A stretch of DNA of 64,000 bases from Acidimicrobiia bacterium (GTDB lineage Bacteria > Actinomycetota > Acidimicrobiia > Spongiisociales > ZC4RG35). The translations under genes and the position numbers were made by a program. Within the stretch, counting starts at the first letter, position 1. Each line of letters begins with the position of its first letter. Below the pieces are notes generated by a model that was not told where the DNA came from, did not search any database, and saw nothing but the letters and a program-made list of their open reading frames with translations. Location: NCBI GenBank assembly GCA_028284765.1, contig JANQRA010000003.1, positions 144,500-208,499 on the forward strand, in the 5' to 3' direction. Of the stretch, positions 11,759-21,198 are shown one piece after another.

Positions 11759-12331
11759 ATGGCACGTCAAAACAGACCAGGCTCCGAGCAGAGCCAGTAC
11801 GACGAGCGCGTCATCCAGATCAACCGTGTAGCCAAGGTGGTCAAGGGTGGCCGCCGCTTCAGCTTCACTGCGCTGGTTGTCGTCGGAGACGGCAAGGGCA
11901 AGGTTGGAGTTGGTTACGGGAAGGCCAAGGAAGTGCCTGCTGCCATTCAAAAAGGAATCGAGCAGGCCCGGCGCTCCATGGAGGTCGTGCCAATGGCCGG
12001 CCAGACCATCATCCATCAGATCACCGGCACTCACGACGCTGCAAGCGTCTTGATCAAGCCGGCAGCTCCCGGTACCGGTGTCATTGCCGGTGGCGCGGTG
12101 CGTCAGATCCTCGAAGCCGCAGGCATCAAGGACGCTTTGGCCAAATCGTTGGGGTCTCCGACCCACCTCAACGTGGCCAAGGCAACGATGAATGGGCTCA
12201 TGGGCCAGCGTCGTCCTGACGAAGTCGCCAGGCTTCGTGGGAAGAAAGCCGAGGACATCACTCCTCCTGGCCTGCTCGCCGCCTACAACACGACGGAGAA
12301 CCTGCGGGCCACTCCGAGTGAGAGCAAGTGA
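11759..12331 (+). CDS. rpsE: 30S ribosomal protein S5
   Basis: 190 aa, [25 protein letters not shown]... Confidence 0.95.
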   Translation: MARQNRPGSEQSQYDERVIQINRVAKVVKGGRRFSFTALVVVGDGKGKVGVGYGKAKEVPAAIQKGIEQARRSMEVVPMAGQTIIHQITGTHDAASVLIKPAAPGTGVIAGGAVRQILEAAGIKDALAKSLGSPTHLNVAKATMNGLMGQRRPDEVARLRGKKAEDITPPGLLAAYNTTENLRATPSESK

Positions 12332-12531
12332 CCATGGCCAAGACGAAATCCCAGACCGTGAAAGTGACTCTCCGTCGCAGTGTCATCGGCGAAAAGCCGA
12401 AGACCAGGGCGACGGTTGAGGGGCTCGGTCTGCGCAAGATCAATCAGACAGTCGAACACACCGACTCCGAATCGCTTCGAGGCATGCTGGCAAGGGTCAG
12501 ACACCTCGTAGAGGTAGAGGACAACTCATGA
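12328..12531 (+). CDS. rpmD: 50S ribosomal protein L30
   Basis: 67 aa, [10 protein letters not shown]... Confidence 0.9.
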   Translation: MTMAKTKSQTVKVTLRRSVIGEKPKTRATVEGLGLRKINQTVEHTDSESLRGMLARVRHLVEVEDNS

Positions 12532-12983
12532 GTGACAAGAAAGAACAGCTGAAGCTGCACCACCTGTCGCCCGCCCCCGGATCGAAGAAGAAGAAGATCC
12601 GTGTGGGACGTGGTGAGGGTGGTCGTCGTGGCAAGACAGCCGGTCGTGGCACCAAGGGTCTCAAGGCCCGCAACACGCTTCGTCCGGGGTTCGAGGGTGG
12701 TCAGACGCCACTCGCGATGCGGCTCCCGAAGCTCAAAGGCTTCAACAATCCCAACAAAGAGACCTTCGCCATCATCAATGTCGAGACCTTGAATACCTTC
12801 CGGGCCGGGTCCGAAGTGACCCCTGAGAAACTGCGTGAGCAGGGTCTCATCAGGCATCGGGGGCGTGTGAAGGTTCTCGCCGAGGGTGATCTCGAGAAGA
12901 AGCTCACGGTCAAGGCGCATGCATTTAGCGCGTCGGCCCGTGAGAAGATAGAGGCTGCCGGCGGGACCGCCGAAGTCATCTAG
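12528..12983 (+). CDS. rplO: 50S ribosomal protein L15
   Basis: 151 aa, [34 protein letters not shown]... Confidence 0.94.
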   Translation: MSDKKEQLKLHHLSPAPGSKKKKIRVGRGEGGRRGKTAGRGTKGLKARNTLRPGFEGGQTPLAMRLPKLKGFNNPNKETFAIINVETLNTFRAGSEVTPEKLREQGLIRHRGRVKVLAEGDLEKKLTVKAHAFSASAREKIEAAGGTAEVI

Positions 12984-13006
12984 CTCAACACGACCAGAAA
13001 CTTCTG

Positions 13007-14320
13007 ATGCTTTCCATCTATCGCAACATGTTCAAGATCCCGGACCTCCGGGGGAAGATCCTCTTCACCCTGGCCATGTTCGGGGTCTACCGACTCGGTG
13101 CCACCATTCCGGTGCCCGGAATCGACCTCGACGCCGTCGAGCTGTTCCAGGCACAGCAAACGGCCGGTGGCATCTACGGCTTGCTCAACCTGTTCTCAGG
13201 TGGGGCCTTGGAAGGTTTCTCGGTGTTCGCACTGGGGATCATTCCCTACATCACCGCCTCCATCATCATGCAGCTGTTGACTGTGGTCATTCCACGTCTT
13301 CAGGCTTTGCAGGAGGAGGGTGAATCGGGACGCAAGGTGATCACTCAGTGGACCAGATACATGACGGTCATCCTGGCGTTGATCCAGTCGACCGGTTTCA
13401 CGTTCCTCTTCCATTCAGGACAGTTCACCGGTGGGATCGACCTCATCCCCAATTACACGCCCGGTCGCGTGATCCTGATCGTTCTGACGATGACCGCCGG
13501 TACCGCCATGGTCATGTGGCTCGGTGAGCTCATCACCCAGCGAGGTGTCGGGAACGGAATGTCACTGATCATCTTCATCTCGATCATCAGCCAGTTCCCG
13601 TTCGTGTTCGGTCAGATCTACGGCCAGACCTGGGCGACCGGTTTCGCCATCAGGTTCATCATCATGATGGCTGTGTTCCTCCTGATGGTCGTTGCGATCA
13701 TCTACGTGGACCAGGGTCAGCGGAGGATCCCGATCCAGTTCGCCAAACGTGTCCGTGGCCGTCGAGTGATGGGTGGTCAGTCCACCTACATCCCTCTGAA
13801 GGTCAACACGGCAGGTGTCATCCCGGTGATCTTCGCCACTTCCGTTCTGCTGATTCCGTCGCTACTCGTCACGGCCATTCCGTCTGACGCCGACTGGATT
13901 CAGATCGCCCGGCGTTGGATTGACGAGAATCTCGGTGGAGGTGGCCACTCCGTCAGCTGGTGGTACATCGGCATCCTGTTCGCACTGATCGTGTTCTTCA
14001 CTTACTTCTACACGGCCATCCAGTTCGATCCCGATCAGCAGTCTGAGATGATTCAGCGTCAGGGTGGGTTCATCCCTGGCGTCCGTCCCGGACGTCAGAC
14101 TGCAGCACATCTGCGCCACATCCTCAACCGGATCACCCTGCCCGGATCGATATTCCTGGCCACGATCTCTGTGTTGCCGGCGATTGCCGGAGCCATATGG
14201 AATCTCCAGATCGCATTCTCTGGAGTCTCGATTCTGATCGTGGTTGGCGTGGGCCTGGAGACGATGAAGCAGATCGAATCCCAGCTCACGATGCGTAACT
14301 ACGAAGGAATACTGACCTAG
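13007..14320 (+). CDS. secY: Preprotein translocase subunit SecY
   Basis: 437 aa, 10 transmembrane helices, conserved SecY. Confidence 0.96.
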   Translation: MLSIYRNMFKIPDLRGKILFTLAMFGVYRLGATIPVPGIDLDAVELFQAQQTAGGIYGLLNLFSGGALEGFSVFALGIIPYITASIIMQLLTVVIPRLQALQEEGESGRKVITQWTRYMTVILALIQSTGFTFLFHSGQFTGGIDLIPNYTPGRVILIVLTMTAGTAMVMWLGELITQRGVGNGMSLIIFISIISQFPFVFGQIYGQTWATGFAIRFIIMMAVFLLMVVAIIYVDQGQRRIPIQFAKRVRGRRVMGGQSTYIPLKVNTAGVIPVIFATSVLLIPSLLVTAIPSDADWIQIARRWIDENLGGGGHSVSWWYIGILFALIVFFTYFYTAIQFDPDQQSEMIQRQGGFIPGVRPGRQTAAHLRHILNRITLPGSIFLATISVLPAIAGAIWNLQIAFSGVSILIVVGVGLETMKQIESQLTMRNYEGILT

Positions 14321-14862
14321 TGCGTCTTTTGTTCATCGGCCCTCCGGGGGCAGGCAAAGGCACACAGGCCGGCAAGGTCGCCGCACGACTTGGCATTCCT
14401 CACGTGTCGACCGGTGAGATGTTTCGGGACCACGTTGCCAGAGACACGGATCTCGGCAAGCAGGTGAAGGCAATCATGGAGGCCGGCGATTACGTGCCGG
14501 ACGAAGTCACTGTCGCCATGCTCTCAGAGCGGATCTCTCAGCCCGACGCCGAGGGCGGATACATCCTCGACGGGTTCCCCCGCACCGAGGCCCAGGTTGC
14601 GGCCCTCGACGATCTCCTGGGTGATCAAGGGCTGGACAGGGTTGTCGTGTTCGATGTCGATGAAGATGAGCTCGTCGATCGTCTCCTCGCTAGGGGACGC
14701 GCCGACGACACCGAGGAGACGATCCGCGCACGCTTCGGTATCTACCAGGAGCAAACCCAACCCCTCTTGGACATTTACGGCGAGCGAGGCTTGAACGTCT
14801 TCGTCAATGGTCTTGGTGAAGTTGAAGAGGTCAGCGACCGAATACTCTTGGTCTTGACATGA
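14320..14862 (+). CDS. adk: Adenylate kinase, short form without zinc-binding lid
   Basis: GTG start overlapping the secY stop. P-loop GPPGAGKGTQA. Confidence 0.93.
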   Translation: MRLLFIGPPGAGKGTQAGKVAARLGIPHVSTGEMFRDHVARDTDLGKQVKAIMEAGDYVPDEVTVAMLSERISQPDAEGGYILDGFPRTEAQVAALDDLLGDQGLDRVVVFDVDEDELVDRLLARGRADDTEETIRARFGIYQEQTQPLLDIYGERGLNVFVNGLGEVEEVSDRILLVLT

Positions 14863-15647
14863 TCAGCATCAAGAGCCGCCGCGAGTTCGCCAAGATGCAG
14901 AAGGCGGGGGCGTGTGTTGCGGATGTCCATCGTCGGGTCCGTGAGGCAGCGGCGCCTGGTGTCTCTCTCCTGGAACTGGAAGAGATTGGTGCCTCCACTA
15001 TCGCCGAGCACGGCTGCACGTCGTCCTTCCTCAACTATTTGGGCACCTATCCGGCGACACTCTGTCTCTCACCCAACGATGTGATCGTCCACGGAATCCC
15101 CAATGAGTACCGGCTCCAGGAAGGCGACATCCTGTCGGTGGATGCGGGTGCGATCTTCGAAGGCTTTCATGGCGACGCTGCGTTCACCATGCCCATTGGA
15201 GAGGTGTCCGCTGAGGCGCAGCACCTCATCGACACCACTGAGGCCGGCATGTGGGCCGGTATCCGCGAGGTTCGCAAAGGAAATCGGCTCGGCGACATCG
15301 GCGCTGCCGTCGCCGCCATCGGTGATGCCCACGGGTATGGGGTTGTCGAGGAGTATGTCGGTCACGGCATCGGCAGGGAGATGCATGAAGAGCCGCAGGT
15401 CCCCAACTATGGAGAGCCGGGCAAAGGTCTCAAGCTGAAGACCGGGATGGCGCTCTGCATCGAGCCGATGTTCAACATCGGACAGCGTTTTACCAAGGTG
15501 GACGCTGACGGCTGGACGGTTCGGACCAACGACGGTTCACTCTCTGCCCACTGGGAACACATGGTGGCCATTACGCCCGACGGACCGATGGTGTTCACAG
15601 CAGCTCAGGATCCAGTGCCCGTCGACGAGGTTCACGCGACGCAATGA
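14859..15647 (+). CDS. map: Methionine aminopeptidase type I
   Basis: 262 aa, metal-binding residues conserved. ATGA overlap with adk. Confidence 0.93.
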   Translation: MISIKSRREFAKMQKAGACVADVHRRVREAAAPGVSLLELEEIGASTIAEHGCTSSFLNYLGTYPATLCLSPNDVIVHGIPNEYRLQEGDILSVDAGAIFEGFHGDAAFTMPIGEVSAEAQHLIDTTEAGMWAGIREVRKGNRLGDIGAAVAAIGDAHGYGVVEEYVGHGIGREMHEEPQVPNYGEPGKGLKLKTGMALCIEPMFNIGQRFTKVDADGWTVRTNDGSLSAHWEHMVAITPDGPMVFTAAQDPVPVDEVHATQ

Positions 15648-16003
15648 GCTCTGGGTCTCTCTACGAGATCCGTGACTACCACTATCGACGCGACCTCATG
15701 GATGAGTACCGCTCCTGGACGGTCAAGGCACTCAAAGTGCTGGAACCGAAGATGGACCTGGTCGGCTGGTGGCTCGATTCAGGTGAGGAGCCCAGAGTGA
15801 TGGGTTCAGATCCGATGGAGATGCCCCACGGTTCGGCCAACGTCACGTGGATCATCCGTTGGGACAGCCTCGACCAACGTGAGAAGCGATGGGACGCGCT
15901 CTGGACCGAGCAAGACTGGCTCGACGTCTGGGAAGAGCACCCCGGGTTCGAGGGCTACCACCAGTTGCTGGTTCGCTTCATGGAGAAGATCGAACCGGTC
16001 TAG
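15644..16003 (+). CDS. NIPSNAP family protein
   Basis: 119 aa. LYEIRDYHY... and W(I)IRWDSLDQREKRWDAL... match the NIPSNAP fold signature. The start overlaps the map stop (ATGA). Confidence 0.75.
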   Translation: MSSGSLYEIRDYHYRRDLMDEYRSWTVKALKVLEPKMDLVGWWLDSGEEPRVMGSDPMEMPHGSANVTWIIRWDSLDQREKRWDALWTEQDWLDVWEEHPGFEGYHQLLVRFMEKIEPV

Positions 16004-17202
16004 GCAGGAAGGGCACTCTCGGGATCGTCGAGGTGCATCCACCGATAGGCCGCGGTGAACCATGTGCCGGCCAAAACAACCAGCAATGCCAAAAGCATCA
16101 GCCACGGTGCCGGTTGCCACCAACCGATGAAGAGAACTAGCGCTGCCGCGGCAGTCAGAGTCCCGGCGATCGGGCCGTACAGCTCTGGTACACGTTCGTA
16201 ATCCTGCAGGGTGCGGGCGACCAGTACGAGCCAGAGCAGACCGGCGGCGATTGCTCCACTCATCAACCAGGCCGTGCCGGCAGGCACGTGATCGTCCGTG
16301 GCGTGTTCGACCATGCTCACCATGGCCGCTCCGGCTGCAGCGATCGCAAGCGTGACTGGGAGGTGGCCAAAGATCCAGCGTGTTCGGTCGAGCGAGTTGG
16401 CTCTTGGGTGGCGCCGCCCGACGAAGTCAAAGTACGACCACCAGAAGGCGAAGCCGATCATCAAACCGAGCATCCCGGTCACCACGACGATTGGTGTCAG
16501 GTCGGTAGAGCCCAGACCGTCGACCACCCCAACCACAACCTCGCCGAGCACGATGATCGTGAACAGTCCGAACCTCTCGACGAGGCTGTCCGTGGTGTCG
16601 AAGTCGATGCCCGAGATTGTCTCTTCACGCCGAACGATCACCATTCCGGAGACGATGTACAGCAGGACGAAACCGCCCCACACCCAGACCCGGGCTCCCT
16701 GAGGAACCCAGATAGTGCCAAACATGACAGCCGTGAACACAACGGAGGCACCGATGTATTGGGCGGTGATCCGGTTGTACTCGTCTGAGTCCTGCCTCCG
16801 AACGCCGTACCAGAGCAGAGTCAGCAACCCCATGAAGATGCCGTAGACCAGAGCGAATTCCTCACCGGTCTCCGTCGGTGCGCCCTCGGTGTAGACAGCC
16901 AGCCAAGCGAGCAGGAGCATCTGGGCAAAGACCATGGTTCGAGTTCGCCCGTCTTCGCGTCCATGTAGGTCGTAGTAGAGCGTGCCGTTCAGCCACCCGA
17001 GCCAGATGAGCCCAAAGATCGCTGCGAAGTCGACGACACCTTGCCAGCTGATGTTGTGGGCCAAGCCGTGCGCCGCCTGGGCAACCACGACCACATATAC
17101 GAGGTCGTAGAACAGCTCGAGGAAACTGACCGACCGGTCTTCGATTACTTCGCCATGTGCCCTGGGTGGTAACCAGAATCGCCTTCGGAACTCACTCGGC
17201 AT
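16000..17202 (-). CDS. Low-temperature-requirement A (LtrA)-like polytopic membrane protein
   Basis: 400 aa with about 10 transmembrane helices. The N-terminal VSFLELFYDLVYVVVV motif is characteristic of the LtrA family. Confidence 0.6.
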   Translation of the reverse strand: MPSEFRRRFWLPPRAHGEVIEDRSVSFLELFYDLVYVVVVAQAAHGLAHNISWQGVVDFAAIFGLIWLGWLNGTLYYDLHGREDGRTRTMVFAQMLLLAWLAVYTEGAPTETGEEFALVYGIFMGLLTLLWYGVRRQDSDEYNRITAQYIGASVVFTAVMFGTIWVPQGARVWVWGGFVLLYIVSGMVIVRREETISGIDFDTTDSLVERFGLFTIIVLGEVVVGVVDGLGSTDLTPIVVVTGMLGLMIGFAFWWSYFDFVGRRHPRANSLDRTRWIFGHLPVTLAIAAAGAAMVSMVEHATDDHVPAGTAWLMSGAIAAGLLWLVLVARTLQDYERVPELYGPIAGTLTAAAALVLFIGWWQPAPWLMLLALLVVLAGTWFTAAYRWMHLDDPESALPA

Positions 17203-17220
17203 GGAGCGAGATTGTAAGGC

Positions 17221-17682
17221 CTATTGGTGGGAAGCAACCTGCTCTTCTGCAGCTTTGGCCAGATCATTGACGAGCCCGTTCAGAGCCTTGGGCAGCCCCT
17301 TCTCCAGGCGCTTCGAAACTGTGCCCTTGAGGATTCCACCCTTGGGTTCCGCGGTGGTCTCCATGGTTATCTCGGTCTTGTCGCCATCCAGCGCCTTGAC
17401 GGTGAACGTTGTATGCGAGCTCTTCACCGGCATCCCCTTGGGAACGACATCGAGAGTGATCGACTCACCTTCTTCCCATCCAGTGACGGTCTCAATCGTC
17501 GAGCCGAAGGGGGCCAGTTCGCAGGTGCGAACCGTTCCGAGACCGGTTGCTTGATCTCCTTGGATTTCGCTGGTCTTCACCTGGTCGGTCCAGGAGGCGA
17601 TGTTGCCGAAATCGGCGAGTATGTCCCAGACGACCTCTTTTGGTGCGCTGGCGACGGTGGTTCCCTTGAGTTGGACAGTCAT
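17221..17682 (-). CDS. SRPBCC (polyketide-cyclase/START-like) ligand-binding protein
   Basis: Called from the internal ATG (MTVQLKGTTVASAPKEVVWDILADFGNIASW...). Typical Polyketide_cyc2 pattern. Confidence 0.7.
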   Translation of the reverse strand: MTVQLKGTTVASAPKEVVWDILADFGNIASWTDQVKTSEIQGDQATGLGTVRTCELAPFGSTIETVTGWEEGESITLDVVPKGMPVKSSHTTFTVKALDGDKTEITMETTAEPKGGILKGTVSKRLEKGLPKALNGLVNDLAKAAEEQVASHQ

Positions 17683-17703
17683 TGATCTTCCTTTCTTGAC
17701 TGG

Positions 17704-17752
17704 TCGGTCTAATATAGACACAACAAGAACGATCAGTCAAGAATGTTCTAGG
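17704..17752. promoter_or_regulatory. Candidate TetR operator: imperfect 12-nt inverted repeat in the divergent promoter region
   Basis: TCTTGACTGGTC at 17704-17715 and GATCAGTCAAGA at 17741-17752 are reverse complements with 1 mismatch. They sit between the SRPBCC and TetR genes. Confidence 0.35.
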
Positions 17753-17760
17753 ATCAGCAA

Positions 17761-18348
17761 ATGGCACGCACCAGAGAATTCGACACGGAAGACGCCGTAG
17801 CCCAAATGGCACAGGCGTTTTGGCGTAATGGCTACGACGCAACGGGTGTTGCCGAATTGGTTGACGCCACCGGTGTGGGCCGGGCGAGCCTCTATGGAGC
17901 GTTCGGTTCGAAGCGCGACATGCTGGAGCGCTCGCTTGACTGGTACCTCGACGAGACCATCGAACCCCTGGTCGTATCTCTCGAGTCGGGTCTCGATGCG
18001 ATCGAGCAGCGATTCCTCATGTTCGGGAAAGTCCTAGAGGCCATGCCGGAGCGTGCCCGGCTCGGTTGCATGATGGTCAACGTTGGGAGTGAGGTGGGGA
18101 GTGTCGACGAGCAGTTGGGGGTGAAGGCCGGCTCCTATCGCGATCGCTTTCGACTTGCCTTTGAGCGTGGGCTGACCGCCGCAGTGGAGGCTGGCGATAT
18201 CGAGGGACCTGTCGAAGGCCGTGCTCAACTCTTGACGTTGCTGATGATGGGCATGTTTGTTGCCATACGCAGTGGAGGAACTGTCGAGGAGATCACGGAG
18301 TTGGGAGCTGCAGCCCAGGCTGAAGTGCGATCCTGGAGAGTCAGCTAG
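17761..18348 (+). CDS. TetR family transcriptional regulator
   Basis: N-terminal HTH GYDATGVAELVDATGVGRASLYGAFGSKRDML. Transcribed divergently from the SRPBCC gene. Confidence 0.9.
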   Translation: MARTREFDTEDAVAQMAQAFWRNGYDATGVAELVDATGVGRASLYGAFGSKRDMLERSLDWYLDETIEPLVVSLESGLDAIEQRFLMFGKVLEAMPERARLGCMMVNVGSEVGSVDEQLGVKAGSYRDRFRLAFERGLTAAVEAGDIEGPVEGRAQLLTLLMMGMFVAIRSGGTVEEITELGAAAQAEVRSWRVS

Positions 18349-18728
18349 CTATCGAGCAGGTAGTCGACGAGAGCGTCGACTTCTTCCATTGTCAGCCGGA
18401 GAGTGGGCATCTCGACCTGCGCTCCAAAGTCGGGGACGATGAACGCTTGCGGGACTAGCAGTGACTGCCGAACATATCCGTCAGCCGAGAGACCGGATAC
18501 GCGCTCTCCCGCCAAAGCAGCGAGATCGGTCAGGTTGGGGCCAACGTTTGTCTGACTCACCTGGCGAGGCCCGGCGTGGCAGCCGACGCAGCCTTTCGTT
18601 CGGAAGATGCTCTCTCCATCGGCAACCGTGAGCTCAGTTGAAGGGGGCTCGTCGTCTGTGAGCACGACCACGGATGCGACAGTCAGGCCGATGGTGAGAA
18701 TCAGCCCGATTGCCAACCTAGGGGTCAC
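18345..18728 (-). CDS. Membrane-anchored class I c-type cytochrome
   Basis: 127 aa. N-terminal transmembrane helix, CVGCHAG heme motif, and a distal Met (EMPTL). Confidence 0.85.
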   Translation of the reverse strand: MTPRLAIGLILTIGLTVASVVVLTDDEPPSTELTVADGESIFRTKGCVGCHAGPRQVSQTNVGPNLTDLAALAGERVSGLSADGYVRQSLLVPQAFIVPDFGAQVEMPTLRLTMEEVDALVDYLLDS

Positions 18729-19222
18729 GCTGTTGCCTGGTGTCCGCTTTCTCTTCTGATGCGGATCAGTTCGGCGACCGTGAACATGGCGGTGAGCACA
18801 GCTGCGATGGGGAGTATGAGCTCGAGTGGCTCGATACCGGTGCCTTGTGGCGCAGCGATCGCCGCATCCGAGACTTCTACGGTGCCCATCTTCTGGATTT
18901 CCCAGCTGTCGCTGTTCACGCCCCAGGTCCAGCTGCCCTCACTCAAAGTCACCTCCACGGAGTACCGGCCCTCGCCCAGATTGGTGGCCTCGAAGCGCTG
19001 TACCTCTCCACCTTTGCCGCGGAACACCGCTTGGGTGTCGCCGGCATCAATCGGTGTTTGCCCGTGTGCGAGATAGGTGTATTCGAGGGTGTAAGTGGTG
19101 TCAGGCTCAAATGTGCCCGGAACAGAGTCCATCGAGATGATTCCCCATCCACCCGCGCTTGCGGCGAGCGGTAGGAGCGTCAAGGCAGCTACTAGGCCGA
19201 TAGCGGTCAGGGTCTTTCTCAT
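18725..19222 (-). CDS. Exported protein with signal peptide and C-terminal transmembrane anchor, function unknown
   Basis: Start from the internal ATG at 19222-19220 (MRKTLTAIGLVAALTLLPLAASA...). The C-terminal helix is LILPIAAVLTAMFTVAELI. The 398-aa ORF-track extension upstream has no coding character and overlaps the next gene. Confidence 0.6.
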   Translation of the reverse strand: MRKTLTAIGLVAALTLLPLAASAGGWGIISMDSVPGTFEPDTTYTLEYTYLAHGQTPIDAGDTQAVFRGKGGEVQRFEATNLGEGRYSVEVTLSEGSWTWGVNSDSWEIQKMGTVEVSDAAIAAPQGTGIEPLELILPIAAVLTAMFTVAELIRIRRESGHQATA

Positions 19223-19803
19223 CTGAGCTCTCCAATCTCTAGAGCAACGTGTCTTGTTCTTGGCTGGTTCCTGAAGATGAGATATGTGATCGAGGCTACG
19301 CCGATGATTGCAAGGAGACCGAAGGGAAGGTTCCATTCGGGTTTCGGCTGGGTGCTGGAGTATGAGAACCCGAGTGCCTCGAGCGTGCCTTCGAGATCTC
19401 CTTCGACCCGGTGCCAGCCGATCGCATCGCCTCCCCACCCGTCGAGACCGGGTTGTTTCGGCGTGTGGATCACCGGGCCATCTTTGGCGCCGAAGTAGAT
19501 GTGTTGTTCGATGCTGTACGGCTCGCCCCAGGTAAGAGTGATCGGTTCTCCCAGGTCGGATGGCTGGTCGATCTTGACTGCGAGGTGCGAGGCGAACCAG
19601 ATGCCGCTCATCTCCATCAGCTTGTTGAGGTTCTCTTGGGCTTCGCTGGTGTATGGCTGTCGGCTGAATAGCTCGATTGGTTCTTCGATCCCAGGGCCCG
19701 AGATGGTCGCTTTCGCCGGTCCCTTCGCAAAGGCCGGTATAGCTAGAAACCATGTCATGGCGACGATCGTTGCAATCAGAGTGATCCGTCTCATCACCAC
19801 CAA
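19219..19803 (-). CDS. Exported protein with signal peptide and C-terminal transmembrane anchor, function unknown
   Basis: 194 aa. Signal peptide MRRITLIATIVAMTWFLAIPAFA, C-terminal helix LLAIIGVASITYLIF. The stop overlaps the start of the downstream gene. Confidence 0.6.
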   Translation of the reverse strand: MVVMRRITLIATIVAMTWFLAIPAFAKGPAKATISGPGIEEPIELFSRQPYTSEAQENLNKLMEMSGIWFASHLAVKIDQPSDLGEPITLTWGEPYSIEQHIYFGAKDGPVIHTPKQPGLDGWGGDAIGWHRVEGDLEGTLEALGFSYSSTQPKPEWNLPFGLLAIIGVASITYLIFRNQPRTRHVALEIGELR

Positions 19804-19859
19804 TACACCGCCGATGACTGCAAGGTTCCCGGAACCTTCTCAACCTGGGCGGTGTAGTT

Positions 19860-20429
19860 GTGGGTGAAGTATCGGTGGAGGGCCGTCCGCTGAATGAGTC
19901 GGAGCTTGTTGCCAATGCCAAGAACGGAGATCTGGCCTCATATGAGCAGCTGGTCAGAGAGCACCAGACGATCGCCTTTCGCGTCGCCTACGTCGTCGTT
20001 CGGGACCACTCGGAGGCAGAAGACGTGACCCAGGATGCTTTGGTCAAGGCACATCACAATCTCAATCGTTTCAAAGATGGCTCTCCTTTTCGGCCTTGGC
20101 TTCTGAAGATCGTGCGCAACGAAGCCCTGAACCGTCGACGTGGTCTCGGCAGACGGGAGGCGATGACTCTCCGCCATGCGGTGGATCCGTCCTCGGGAGG
20201 TGCGGCCCCATCTCCCGAGACGGCTGTGGTCGATGCCGAAGATCAACGGGCCGTTCTCGAAGCACTCGATCGTCTCCCCGAGAGGTATCGAAGTGTCCTC
20301 GCAGCTCGGTTCTTGCTCGATCTGAGCGAAGAGGAAACGGCAACGATGCTCGGGGTGGCAAAGGGGACCGTGAAGTCACGCACCTCCCGTGGCCTGGAGA
20401 AGATGCGATCGATGTTGGGAGAGTCATGA
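19860..20429 (+). CDS. ECF (group 4) RNA polymerase sigma factor
   Basis: 189 aa. Sigma region 2 (DVTQDALVKAHHNLNRF...FRPWLLKIVRNEALN) and region 4 (GTVKSRTSRGLEKMR) are present. Confidence 0.9.
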   Translation: MGEVSVEGRPLNESELVANAKNGDLASYEQLVREHQTIAFRVAYVVVRDHSEAEDVTQDALVKAHHNLNRFKDGSPFRPWLLKIVRNEALNRRRGLGRREAMTLRHAVDPSSGGAAPSPETAVVDAEDQRAVLEALDRLPERYRSVLAARFLLDLSEEETATMLGVAKGTVKSRTSRGLEKMRSMLGES

Positions 20430-21097
20430 TCGACATCGAGCGCGCACTCAGGACGACAGAACTGGAATGGCCGGAAGCGGATGTCGCGGATCGTGTCATG
20501 CGCCGGGTTCGTGAACCTCGGTCGATGGATTTGCGCTGGCTGCGACCTGCCCTGGCCGTAGCTGTTGCGATGATCTTGCTTGTGGCGACTCCGCCCGGTC
20601 GTCAGGTTGTCGCCAACGTCCTGGAAGTCGCTGGCATCGAGATCGGTTGGGGAGATGTGGCGGCTGGCGTTGACTTGGAACTAGGTGAGGAAGTGGGGCT
20701 AGCCGATGTCGAGGGTCTGATTCCGGCGGACGCACCTGATGCCGTCTATGAGATGGACGGATATGTTCACATTGTTTGGTTCGGGGGTGGTGATCTTCCG
20801 GCGGCGGGAGACTTCGGCGTCGCCGTTCTCTACACCCAGAGCCAGGGGACCATTTTCACCAATGCGCTGAAGACTCTCGGCCCCGACACGGACATCCAGC
20901 CGGTGTGGGTGAGAGGTGTCGAAGGTGTGTGGATCGAAGGTGCTGAGCACAACGTCGAACTGGCAGGTCAGGAGGTTCGCCTGGCAGCAAACGTCCTGCT
21001 TTGGCAGGAGGGTTCTACCGCACATCGAATAGAGACCACGGGCGCCTTAGAAGAGGCTTTGGAGTTGGCCGAATCCCTCAGCCAACCAGCCCCGTAG
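20426..21097 (+). CDS. Putative anti-sigma factor: single-pass membrane protein with an extracytoplasmic domain
   Basis: ATG at 20426 overlaps the sigma-factor stop (ATGA). Short cytoplasmic N-terminus, transmembrane helix ALAVAVAMILLVA, then a ~170-aa extracytoplasmic domain. No ZAS HxxxCxxC motif. Confidence 0.6.
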   Translation: MIDIERALRTTELEWPEADVADRVMRRVREPRSMDLRWLRPALAVAVAMILLVATPPGRQVVANVLEVAGIEIGWGDVAAGVDLELGEEVGLADVEGLIPADAPDAVYEMDGYVHIVWFGGGDLPAAGDFGVAVLYTQSQGTIFTNALKTLGPDTDIQPVWVRGVEGVWIEGAEHNVELAGQEVRLAANVLLWQEGSTAHRIETTGALEEALELAESLSQPAP

Positions 21098-21170
21098 AAC
21101 CCCTCGAACCTGCATGGCGTTGCGCCTGGCGCGACGCTGTGCAGGCTCGACGAATGAGGCTCGATCAGAT

Positions 21171-21198
21171 TTGCCCACCACCGAGGCACAAGTACAAT
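21171..21198 (+). promoter_or_regulatory. Sigma-70-like promoter candidate for the rpmJ-rpsM-rpsK-rpsD-rpoA-rplQ operon
   Basis: TTGCCC at 21171-21176, a 16-nt spacer, then TACAAT at 21193-21198. A ~145-nt 5'UTR precedes rpmJ. Confidence 0.4.

Noticed and set aside
18725-19921. 398-aa ORF-track call spanning two genes on the minus strand.
   Set aside because: The upstream 230 codons (Arg/Pro-rich, no hydrophobic core) overlap the better-supported 19219-19803 gene in another frame. The real start is the internal ATG at 19222 (MRKTLTAIG... signal peptide), which overlaps the upstream gene's stop.
20096-20425. N-terminal 110 codons of the 333-aa ORF overlapping the ECF sigma-factor gene.
   Set aside because: They lie in an alternative frame of the sigma-factor gene. 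The anti-sigma most plausibly starts at the ATG (20426) that overlaps the sigma stop, giving the canonical cytoplasmic-N-terminus, transmembrane, extracytoplasmic layout.
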